From the NCBI GenBank assembly GCA_030390025.1, contig CM059438.1, positions 64,420,001 through 64,484,000 on the forward strand: a DNA stretch of 64,000 nucleotides, written 5' to 3'. Origin of the DNA: Squalus acanthias. Its lineage: Eukaryota. Both the position numbers and the translations under genes were made by a program. The notes beneath the pieces were generated by a model, which ran no database searches, was not told the DNA's origin, and saw nothing but the letters and a program-made list of their open reading frames with translations. Each line of letters opens with the position of its first letter. Position 1 is the first letter of the stretch. Of the stretch, positions 23,643-34,144 are shown one piece after another.

Positions 23643-25650
23643 CAACAAGAAGTTGCATTTATATAGTAACTTTAATGTAGAAAAACGTCCCAAGGCACTT
23701 CACGGAGGTATAATCAATATTAACACCGAGACAAAGGAGAAGATGTTTGGAGGGGTGAACAAAAGCTTGGTCAAAGAGGTGGGTTTTAAGAACAGTCTCC
23801 TTGAAGGAGGAGGGATTGGTGAGGTGAATGGCTTGAGGGATGAAATTCCAAGGTGTGGGACCCAGGCAGTTGAAGGCTTGGCCACCAATGGTGGGGCGAA
23901 GGCGAGCAGGAAGGACAAGAGGCCTCAGTCAGAGGAATGGAGAATTTGGAGGAAGCACAATTGTAGGGCTGGGTGAGATTACAGAGATAGGAAGGGAGAG
24001 GCCATGAAGTGAATTAAGGATGAGAATTGGAGGCATTGGGTGAGTCGGAGCCAATGTAGGTCAGTAAGGACAAGCATGATAGGAGAGTCAGCCTCGCTGT
24101 AAGTTAGGATATTGGCAGCACAGTTTTGGATGAGCTGAAGTTTACAAAGGGTGGAGAATGGAAGGCTGGGCAGGAGACCAATGGAATAGTCAAGTCTGGA
24201 GGTGACTAAGGCATGAGTGAGGGTTTTGAGTGGCAATTGAAAGAGGCAGGGGTGGAGACGGGTGATGTTACGGAGGTAGAAGCAGGCAGTCTTTGTGATG
24301 GCGAGGATATGGAGTCAGAAGCTCAGCATCGAATGCTGAAATTGGAAGCAGTCTAGTTCAGCCTGAGACAACGGGTGGGGAGGGCGATGGAATGAGTGGC
24401 AAGATGACAGCTTCAGTATTTCCACTGTTTAACTGGAGCAAATTTTGTCTTATCTATGATTGAATATCGGACAAGTGGTCTGACAACACAAAGGCTGTGG
24501 AGGGGTTGAGAAAGCTGGTAGAGAGGTAAAGCTGGGTGTCGTTAGTGTACATGTGGAAGCTGACGCCATGGGCTGGATTTTGTGAATGGAGGCGAAGTGG
24601 AGGCGGGACTTCTGCTTGTCGTGTCAATGTCCCGCCTCCATCCTCACCTGACCAACCAGAGGGATTTTCCCCTGATTGACCTTGTTAAACTCGCCGTACG
24701 GGCTGAGCAGGCCAATTAGGGAGGAAGTCACTGACAGAGCACGTCAACGTCAGACGTGCTATCTGTCAAGACTTCTTGAAAGAAGAAATGTCAGCGTTTG
24801 ACAGCTCTGTGAAGCTGTCAAACACTGACATTCTCTTTAGATTGATGAGTCCTTGTGTTCAGGATTCAACAAACCTTTCAAATTTGTAAATTTCACATGA
24901 CTGTTGGATCGGAGGTTCCAACAGCCAGTCTGTGAAATTGACGAGGAGGATGTCGGCTTTCCCGATCCACCGCGGCCGAAGGCTGCAGGAAGAAAACAAG
25001 GTAAGTGAACACTTTTTGAAACTTATCACTCACCTTGCATACTTACCACTCCACACTTGCACCCATCACTCACCTCTACACCTTACTTCCAGGTGCCTCC
25101 GACCACCGCAGACCTCCTCCACGTCTCCTCCAACCCGACGGGGTTCTCCGAGGTTGGGAAGCCTTCACCTGTGAAGGTAAAATGGCACCAATCCTTTTTT
25201 CTGCCTGTTAACTACCTGTTAACAGGCAGTTTAAAGGATTAAATGCCTTTCCCGCCTCCAGGAGACGGGACCCGAAGCTGCACATCTTCCCGCCTCCTGG
25301 CAAAAGGGCACGGAGGCGGGATGGGGCAGCTTTGCCATCCACCCCCACTTTCTCCGAATTTACCGGCTGTCCCGCCTCCATGCCCGCCTCCTCGGGGCTT
25401 GGAAAATCCAGCCCCATGTCTGCAGAAGATGTTGCCAAAGGGCAGCATGTAGAAGGGGAAGGGGCCAAGGATAGATTCTTGTGTGACTCCAGGGATAACA
25501 GTGCTGGGGTGGGAAGAGAAGCCATTGCTGGAGTTGTTCTGGCAACGATCGAATAGGAAAGAGTGGAACCAAGTGAGGGCAATCCTACTCAGCTGGACAA
25601 TGGAGGAAAGATGTTGGAGGAGGGTCGTGCAGCTGATCGTCTTCAGTTTC
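23643..25650 (-). mobile_element. L2 LINE 3' fragment (23643-24569 and 25418-25650) interrupted by a MITE
   Basis: HALVTSRLDYS...KLQLIQNCAA; IALTWFHSFL...GVTQESILGP; L2 tail reverse complement TTGCATTTATATAG. Confidence 0.88.
24570..25414. mobile_element. PIF/Harbinger MITE, family B
   Basis: TIR GGGCTGGATTTT...AAAATCCAGCCC; TSD CAT at 24567-24569 and 25415-25417; clean interruption of L2. Confidence 0.92.
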
Positions 25651-26084
25651 ATTCCCATCCAGTTCGATGGGCTGCTTAATCTCTGATATGAAATAAGCAC
25701 AGATAAAAGAGGTTATTCAGAGTATTTAGCTCATCTTTCCTACCCGGGTGAGCAGCCCAGGTGTTGATCACTCTTTGTGTGAAAAAGTACTTCCTGATAA
25801 TCAGTCCTGAACTTGCCTTTCATCATTTTCTCACCTTGTCCTGCAGTCATGGTTTAACTTGAAATAGTGCCCAGGAATAACCTTTTTTTTAAATTCCATT
25901 TCGTATTTTCCTCTGTAAAGTCTCCTCTCAAAATCATACAACCTTTATCTAGGTTGCACAGTCCAACTTTTTCTGCCATCCCTATGACTAAAATTTTGGG
26001 GATATCAGGACTGGGAATGGAATGCTTTTGGCACCCTCTGGTTCAAAGCTGCTGAGTCACAATGTTCCTTGCCAATGACACTCT

Positions 26085-26777
26085 GGGCTGGATTTTCATT
26101 GACCCGTGGAGGCGGGTTTGGAGGCGTGTGGGGGGTTAAAATTGCAAAAACTGGCGGGCGGGCACAAGTCCGCCTCCATCCCGCCTCCACGCAATTTTCA
26201 TTAAATCGTGTCTGCTGGTCCCGACTGCGTCCCGCCTCTAAGAGATGGGATAGGCTGTTAAGGCCCTTAACAAGCACTAAATTGGCTCTTTAATGCCATT
26301 TTGAAAGGCCTTTGTGATTTTAACGCTTGTTCTACGTGAAGCACGCCTGTTCTGAACCACGATTGTGAAACCTGGCGGGAGCACATTTGGATAGGTGACT
26401 ATCAGTGGCTGGGCTGACTGTCAGTGAGTGAGTGGCTGGCAGGCATCTGGGAGTGGTGGAGGAGACATATCTGGGAGTGCTGGTGCAAAAAAAAAATTAT
26501 TTCTCTCTCTCTCTCTCTCCTCATTTTGCATCCAGGTCCTCTCACAGCAAAGGCCAGACAGTCTCTGAAGACCTTCAATGCAGCAGCAATGATGACATCA
26601 TCAGAGGCGACTTTCGGACTGAAAACACTAATTGGTTCATGGGTTCCCACATGCTGGAACTCAATTGCCCAATTAGGTGAAAATTGCATCAATCTCCCAC
26701 ATCCAATTGCAGTCGGGTGGATAACACGAAATGCGGATGACACGACCCCAACGCGCCCCAGTATCAAAACCCAGCCC
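26085..26777. mobile_element. PIF/Harbinger MITE, family A copy 2
   Basis: TIR GGGCTGGATTTT...AAAACCCAGCCC; TSD TCT; homolog of 1394-2041 with a small internal duplication near 26446-26480. Confidence 0.9.
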
Positions 26778-26879
26778 TCTGTAACTACCTTCCGGGAGCT
26801 CACAGCACCTTGGGGGGGGGGGGGGGGGGGGGATGGTTCTTCACTGCTCCCTGTCTCTTGATTTCTGACAGCTGCTTAC

Positions 26880-27426
26880 GGAAAAAAATATAAACGGAAC
26901 AATTTAACACTGTCGCCAGGAATTTGCTCGCGACTTCTCCCGCTCCGCTGCAGTAACGTTGGTGTAACTTCGGGGGGAAACCCCGTTTGCTCGTGTAATT
27001 GGAGTTTTGGGTGAAGTTACGGAGGCAGAGCGAGGAAATTCCACGCACGTGCCTCTCCGAACTGATTGCAATGAATTAAGACCAGAGCTGAACAACTTTA
27101 CAACAGCTACTCAGCTCCGGCAACATTGAAATAAATGGGTTAATGCCTGTGTTGAAATGGAAAGGAATTCCGCACGCTCTTGTTGTGATGCCCTCGCCGA
27201 TGGTGATTTCCACCGCTGGATTGGATTCCACAAAATAGGATTCCCACGTACTGCCCCGTCGGCGGGAAGCGGGGATAATTGGAGCACGCAACAAGCTGAG
27301 CCGCTGATCCTGGCGAGCTCGGAAGAGGCATCGGCAGAGTCCTGTCACTGAGCCACGGCCCTGCTCTCCCAATCGGGCAATGCCATCTTGCACGAAACGA
27401 TCAAAGGAAAGTTGAAAAAACACCCC
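26880..27426. mobile_element. Probable MITE or DNA-transposon end
   Basis: CpG-rich block ending in AAAAAACACCCC, TIR-like; partner TIR not found. Confidence 0.35.
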
Positions 27427-27747
27427 ATCAAAATCTAATCATCACACTTCAGTCAATGTTGTGTTGAGAATGTAGGATGGAAATTACGAGACCAATCCAG
27501 AGGGTCCAAACCTCCATTAAAATACCACAGAGAGAAATTTCATACCAGCGTGTTAAATATTTGTCCATAATGTCACTTCTACAGTTTAATTGGCAATGAG
27601 ACACATTTCAGTATTCACGGCAACACATATTGCCGAGTCATTTCAAGTAGAAAGCAACAGAAAGATGAAAATTTAATGGAAAATGGCAGCGGATAAATGG
27701 CAAAAAATAAGCCTGTTCTTGAACTGGTCATCCAGGTCTTGCAGCTA

Positions 27748-29130
27748 CTCCCGGCAGACTGGAAAACTGCTAATGTAACACCCTTATTTAAAAAGGGCAG
27801 TAGACAGAAGGCTGGTAACTATAGACCGGTTAGCCTAACATCTGTGGTAGGTAAAATTTTGGAGTCCATTATTAAGGAAACAGTAACAGGACATTTGGAT
27901 AATCATAATTTAATAGGACAAAGTCAGCATGGTTTTACGAAGGGGAAGTCATGTTTGACAAATTTGCTGGAGTTCTTTGAGGAAGTAACATATAGAGTGG
28001 ATAAAGGGGAACCAGTGGACGTAGTGTATTTAGACTTCCAAAAGGCATTTGACAAGGTGCCACACAAAAGATTATTGCTTAAGGTAAAAAATCACGGGAT
28101 TGGGGGTAATATTCTGGCATGGATAGAGGATTGGCTATCTAACAGAAAGCAAAGAGTTGGGATAAATGGTTCATTCTCAGACTGGCAATCAGTAACTAGT
28201 GGTGTTCCACAGGGGTCAGTGCTGGGTCCCCAACTCTTCACAATCTATATTAACGATTTGGAGGAAGGGACCAAGTGTAACATATCAAAATTTGCAGATG
28301 ATACAAAGATGGGAGGGAAAGTAGTGAGTGAGGAGGACATAAAAAACCTGCAAGGGGACATAGACAGGCTAAGTAAGTGGGCAGAGATTTGGCAGATGGA
28401 ATACAACACTGGAAAGTGTGAGGTGATGCACTTTGGCAGGAAAAATCCTAGAGCAATTTATTATCTTAATGGCAAGAAACTGGAGAGTACTGAAGTGCAA
28501 AGGGATCTGGGGGTCCTGGTGCACGAAACTCAAAAGGTTAGTATGCAGGTGCAGCAAGTGATTAAGAAAGCAAATGGAATGTTGGCTTTCATTGCTAGGG
28601 GGATAGAATATAAAAATAGGGAGGTATTGCTTCAGTTGTACAAGGTATTGGTGAGACCGCACCTGGAATACTGCATACAGTTTTGGTGTCCTTACTTAAG
28701 GAAAGACATCCTTGCTCTCGAGGCAGTGCAAAAAAGGTTCACTCGGTTAATCCCGGGGATGAGGGGGTGGTCATATGAGGAGAGGTTGGGTAGATTGGGA
28801 CTCTACTCATTGGAGTTCAGAAGAATGAGAGGCGATCTTATTGAAACATATAAGATTGTGAAGGGGTTGGATCGGGTGGATGCGGGGAGGATGTTCCCGA
28901 TGACGGGTGAGACGAGAACTAGGGGACATAGTCTTAGAATAAGGGGCTGCTCTTTCAAAACTGAGATGAGGAGGAACTACTTCACTCAGAGGGTGGTAGG
29001 TCCATGGAATATGCTGCCACAAAAAGCTGTAGAAGCTACAACATTAATTAAATTTAAAACAGAAATAGACAGTTTCCTAGAAGTAAAGGGCATTAAGGGT
29101 TACGGGGAGCGGGCAGGAATTTGGACATGA
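27748..29130 (+). CDS. CR1 ORF2 reverse transcriptase plus C-terminus (no endonuclease; first ~17 aa of the listed ORF come from flank)
   Basis: DWKTANVTPLFKKG, NYRPVSLTS, YLDFQKAFDKVPH, GVPQGSVLGP, KFADDTK; no stops. Confidence 0.93.
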   Translation, partial: LPADWKTANVTPLFKKGSRQKAGNYRPVSLTSVVGKILESIIKETVTGHLDNHNLIGQSQHGFTKGKSCLTNLLEFFEEVTYRVDKGEPVDVVYLDFQKAFDKVPHKRLLLKVKNHGIGGNILAWIEDWLSNRKQRVGINGSFSDWQSVTSGVPQGSVLGPQLFTIYINDLEEGTKCNISKFADDTKMGGKVVSEEDIKNLQGDIDRLSKWAEIWQMEYNTGKCEVMHFGRKNPRAIYYLNGKKLESTEVQRDLGVLVHETQKVSMQVQQVIKKANGMLAFIARGIEYKNREVLLQLYKVLVRPHLEYCIQFWCPYLRKDILALEAVQKRFTRLIPGMRGWSYEERLGRLGLYSLEFRRMRGDLIETYKIVKGLDRVDAGRMFPMTGETRTRGHSLRIRGCSFKTEMRRNYFTQRVVGPWNMLPQKAVEATTLIKFKTEIDSFLEVKGIKGYGERAGIWT

Positions 29131-29367
29131 GTCTAGGTTCGGATCGGTCATGGCCCTGTGGGTAGTGGAGCGGGCCCAGGGACTGTGTAGCCTGATTCTG
29201 CTCCTATTTCGTGTGTGCAATTCTGTTAGATGCAGGAGATGGTTCTGTGATAGATAGTAGATTGGCGGTTAGGATCAGATCAGCCATGATCTTATTGAAT
29301 GGCGGAGCAGGCTCGAGGGGCCGATTGGCCTACTCCTGCTCCTATTTCTTATGTTCTTATGTTCTTA
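27748..29367 (+). mobile_element. Young CR1 LINE, 5'-truncated, doubled 3' UTR (copy 2)
   Basis: Uninterrupted RT domain through the 3' tail; near-identical to copies 1 and 3. Confidence 0.96.
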
Positions 29368-30136
29368 ATGAATGCAGCAATCCTCTGATACAGATAGTTC
29401 CCAGGACTTTTAGCAGCAAAGGAGGGAACAAAAAAAAAAGGAAGAAAGCCCAGATCATTAACAAGACAGAGGGGGGAATGTTAACCCCCAAGAACTGGTG
29501 GATTGAGGGCAGGTGGGTAGTTCAAATAAGATTCTTTTTTTTTTAGCTCAATGTATCATATTTTTAAAAATTTGAACATGTTATTTACAGTTTATGACAT
29601 TACAGAGCTCAGGTCTCAGCTCTTTGTACAAAGTCACAAGCCATCATTCCCTACAAGGCAGGGAACTCAGTCTCGACAAGTTGGTGATGTGATCGCCAAG
29701 CTAATAAGTTATTCTTAGATCACGACTGCAACCAGGCTCCAACACGCCCACTTCCAGGTTTACCGGAGGTGCGTTTTGATGCCTGTGAGTAAACCATTCG
29801 CCGTAGTCAGGACCTTCATTAGTGCAGGTGGGCGGATAGATATCGCAGCAATTAACGTCCTCAGGAGATGTTAATGAGGTCTTTTTGAATTGAATTTCAC
29901 TTACATTTAAATTTAACACCTCCAGCATGGGTTTCCCAGGAAACTGACCCGTAAAACGGAGGCGAGATTGAGCCACAGTTCAGGTGGGTATTTAAACTTG
30001 TGATTGTTCCATCTGAATAAAAGCTCATTTATCGCAGCTGGTGTCTCAGTTCCCTCTTGCAAATGTTTCGCAGAGAGTTCCTATGTTCATACAGCTTTTT
30101 CTAAACTTTGGAGGTTTTCAAACTTACAAGATCAGG

Positions 30137-31400
30137 ATGGGAGGCACCTTGGATGTGTTTGACAGCACATCAGGAGAGGAAGACCATCACCATTCACGGC
30201 AGTGATGACATGCTGTGGTGGGATCAGCACATGCACAGGAGAGAGGGGCTCAGGAGGGAGGTGTACAGGAGAGAGAGGCACAGGAGAGGGGTGCACAGGA
30301 GAGAGGGGCTCAGGAGGGAGGTGTACAGGAGAGAGGGACACAGGAGAGAGAGGCACAGGAGAGGGGTGCACAGGAGAGAGAGGCACAGGAGAGGGGTGCA
30401 CAGGAGAGAGGGGCTCAGGAGGGAGGTGTACAGGAGGGAGGTGCTCAGGAGGGAGGTGCTCAGGAGGGAGGTGCTCAGGAGAGAGAGGCACAGGAGAGGG
30501 GTGCACAGGAGAGAGGGGCACAGGAGAGAGGTGCACAGGAGAGAGGAGACCAACAGAGGGGCTGAGGTCGCAGGAGGCACTACCCACGTAACATGGTGTT
30601 CAGACAGAGGCTCCGCTTCCTTACCCTCTTGGAAGAGCAGCGCATCCACAGGCAGAAGTTGTCATGTCAGGTGGTGACAGACATCTGAAGCCTCCTAGAA
30701 GAAGACCTGTTTCCTGCTGGACCTGCCAGACACACATTACCAGTGGCTGTGAAAGTCACCACTGCCCCCAAATTTTTTTTGTCTCTGGTTCCTTCCAGGG
30801 CGCTACCGGAGACATTAGGGTCTCGCAGAACGCTGCACATAAATGCATAAGGCAGGTGATGGATGGATTGTTTGCCATGGCTGGGAGTTACGTAAACTTC
30901 CTCTGTGATGACAATAGCCAGAATGACCGAGCACTTGGATTTGCCTCTCTGGCTGGATTCCCACAGGCACAGGATGCCAGCGATTGCACACATGTGGCAA
31001 ACCGAGTGCCACCACATCAACCAGGAGTTTTCATCAACCACTAGGAATATTCCTCCATCAATATTCAGCTGGTGTGCAGCCACAAGAAGATGTTCATGTA
31101 GGTGTGTGCTAGATTCCCTGGGAGCTGTCATGAGGCATTCATACTGTGACAGTCCAACACTCCAAACCTTTTCTTTCCAGGAAGCAGACTTAAGGGCTAA
31201 CTCTTGAGAGACAAGCTATACCCAGTTTAAACTCGGCTCATGGCATTTGTGAGGAACCTCACCAATGAGGTGCAAGAGCGTTACAACGAGAACCACATGA
31301 CCACCAGGAATGTCATTGAGCAAGCCATCGGAATGTTGAAGATGTGCTTCAGGTGCCTAGATAGGTCTGGAGGCGCCCTTCAGTACTCGCTGATGGGCAT
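30137..31400 (+). pseudogene. Harbinger (HARBI1-like) transposase pseudogene
   Basis: [28 protein letters not shown]...[45 protein letters not shown]; several stops and frameshifts. Confidence 0.9.
30236..30550 (+). repeat. 15-bp minisatellite, 21 units (consensus CAGGAGRGRGRKGYW)
   Basis: Translates as ([15 protein letters not shown])x21 in the transposase frame. Confidence 0.95.
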
Positions 31401-31489
31401 CTTGGAGAGTTAAGGGTTAATAATCAAACTGACCTGTATAGCTATAACTATAACCGGTCATAGAGCAAAAGGCTTTCTAAGATAAAAAA

Positions 31490-31942
31490 AAACTTGCATT
31501 TCTATAGCGCATTTCGCGACCACCGGACGTCTCAAAGCACTTTACAGCCAATGATGTATTTTTGGAGTGTAGTCTCCATTGTAATGTGGGAAACGCAGCA
31601 GCCAATTTGCACACAGCAAGCTCCCACAAACAGCAATGTGATAATGACCAGATAATCTGTTTTTTCTTATGTTTATTGAGGGATAAATATTGGCCAGGAC
31701 ACCAGGGATAACTCCCCTGCTCAATAGTGCCATGGGATCTTTTACATCCACCTGAGAGAGCAGGCAGGGCCTCGGTTTAGCGTCGTATCCGAAAGACAGC
31801 ACCTCAAACAGTGCAGCACTCCCTCAGTACTGCATTGGAGTGTCAGCCTAGATTTATGTGCTCAAGTCCCTGGAGTGGGACTGTGAACCCACAACCTTCT
31901 GACTCAGAGGCAAGTGTGCTACCCACTAAGCCACAGCTGACA
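31490..31942 (-). mobile_element. Full-length DeuSINE (SacSINE1-like)
   Basis: Reverse complement of 12749-13215 including the tRNA head. Confidence 0.9.
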
Positions 31943-32304
31943 CTCAAGAAGAAAGCAGGGAAACAGGGATGCCTCAGCAACAAAACAAGTCACTGGGATG
32001 ACATCGACCATGAGTAATTAAAGTATAACTTTAGTGGCTAGTGTAATAAACATAGGCAGTGGGATCAACTAATTATAGTATAGAAAGAATGTTTAAGAAG
32101 ATAAGTTGTTAATAAAACTATTCCTCAAAGGATTTAAGAATGACTAGGTCAGGAAGCTTTTGTTTGAGGAAAATATCTTTGAAATAAACAACTAAGACTG
32201 TTTATGTTCTCAAAGGATTCCAGAACAAATAAATCATGAGGTCTTATATGTGACATGTACCTTTGATGTAGGCAAACTAAGGTGTATAGAGGAGTAAGTG
32301 ACCT

Positions 32305-32435
32305 TGTTGTGCATCAATTGGCTGCCACGTTTCCTACATCACAACAGTGACTACAAAGTACTTAATTGGCTGTAAAGCGCTTTGGGACGTCTTGAGGTCA
32401 TGACAGGTGCTATATAAATGCAAGTCCTTTTTATT
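32305..32435 (+). mobile_element. DeuSINE 3' fragment
   Basis: AATTGGCTGCCACGTTTCCTACA...GCTATATAAATGCAAGTC. Confidence 0.8.
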
Positions 32436-33669
32436 TATAATGCGATCCCTGTGCGCTGCCGCCTATGCTGACACCTGTTCAAGTGCTCCAGTGCCCGCAC
32501 ACAAATGAGCCGATCTTGGCTGATACATGAGGTATCTGTTTTCCTGGTCCTGCCAGGGTGTTGGTCCTGGTGTGCTGAGAGTGGCTGGGACACAGGGCCT
32601 GTAGTTTCCAGAGTGAAAGGCTGCTTGGTGCGTGTTGACCATACGTGTAATGGTCTTGGGGTGGGGTAGGGGGGGAGAGGCGCAAGAGGGAAAGGGTAAG
32701 GGTTAGGCAGATGCTCCAGTTGCGTTGTAGGGGAGCACCCCCCCCCCCCTCACTTAAATATTTTTCAGGGCCTTAAAGAAGCTTGCGCACATTTTGAACA
32801 GTGCCCAGTGTCCTTTGTGTTGGCCCGCCTCACTGGAGCACCAAAGCACCTTGGCTTCCATTGAAGGCCTCAAGCCTCCACACCTAATAATACACGAGGC
32901 ACCTACCATCATATCATTGGCCCCGTAGTGACCAGAGAGACTTTAACTCCAGCCCAAAACCTTAAACATTACCAGGCACTGACAGCCCCCACTTTCCTGA
33001 GTGCAAGAAAGAAATATAGATGATCAAAAGAAACAAGAGGAAACAGCCTCTTAAAATGCTGCACTGAAATCGTGTGTATATCTATCAGGCAGTTCGTTAA
33101 GTGGAGTTGACTGCACTAATTTTTTGGTGATGCATTATTTAATAATTGCAGTCAATAAATAAGTCATTATGCTTTAGTAGACACAAATTAAAGAGCGTAG
33201 ATCAGAGCCTTGGGAAGGTGGCTACATACCTCATTGAAGGAGATAAATTGGGAATTGCAAAAACTGTTTCCCGAGGGAGGCTCCAGAATTTCTTGGATAG
33301 TACCAGTGTACGCTATTGGTTTTAGGAAACCAAAGTTGATTTAGCGATTTGATGCCTTATGGAAGGTTTCAGGGCTTGCAACTTCGATTTCAAGCGGAAT
33401 CATCAGGTTCTGCTGAATAGCAGAGTGAGTGATTGGTGAACGAGAAGTTTCAGAGGAACGGGGGTTGAATGTGTATATCACCAGAGAATTCCAACAGGGT
33501 TGGATTTGGGCTGTGTGATATTAGGATCAAATCATTTGATGCATTTATGTAAAATGAATCATTACCGCCTTTGTTAAAATAATGCAGATGTATTAGCATG
33601 CGTATCACTCATCCCCCACAGTGCAGGTTAAATATTTATGTCTTTTTAAAAATTTCTCGTGAATTGCCG

Positions 33670-33866
33670 AAGGTCTGTATCCAACAGGCAGTTATGTGGC
33701 TGTAATCCCCTTCCCGCCTCCAGGAGACGGGACCCGGCACGGGTCGGCTACCCGCCTCCTGGGAAGATGGCTTGGGGGCGGGATGGGCACCCGCCCTCAG
33801 ATTCTGCCATTTTCCCGGCAGTCCCGCCTCCAAACCCACCTCCCCAGGGCTGGCAAGATCGCGCCC
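33670..33866. mobile_element. Family B MITE terminal fragment, 17 bp from the full Harbinger
   Basis: Matches 25240-25414 and the reverse complement of 56000-56130; ends GGCAAGATCGCGCCC. Confidence 0.75.
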
Positions 33867-34144
33867 ATAGTTGCAAATACTTTGGGCTGGATTTTCCCTG
33901 CTGAGGCGGGTTAGCGTCGGGAGAGGTAGTTGACGGGTTCCGGTCCCGCTCCCGGCTGCAGCCGCTCTGCTGATCGAATTTTGCGATTATTGGGCTTGTT
34001 AAGCCCATTGCCCGGCCCAATCACTAGGTGTGGGTCTGTTCAGCTCCTCTGATGACGCATTTGCTGCCGTTGTATTTTAGGGGGCCATGTCTACATTTGC
34101 TGTCACTTCTACTTCCACACTCCTGATTGCTGCTTGATAGCAAG

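Noticed and set aside
23293..23976. 227-aa ORF
   Set aside because: Spans an LTR, a Penelope tail and antisense L2; spurious
26812..26832. Poly-G run (C-runs also at about 32738 and 54901)
   Set aside because: Simple homopolymers of uncertain length with no supporting context
30108..30677. Arg-rich, Cys/Gly-rich and antisense repeat ORFs; array superficially CRISPR-like
   Set aside because: Alternative frames of a stop-free 15-bp minisatellite; no unique spacers; eukaryotic DNA
31405..32300. LTR-like AT-rich sequence split by a SINE
   Set aside because: Could not define both termini or a TSD
33225..33420. Minus-strand exon-like segment with AG acceptor and GTATGT donor
   Set aside because: Stops in all three frames; no evidence beyond splice-like motifs
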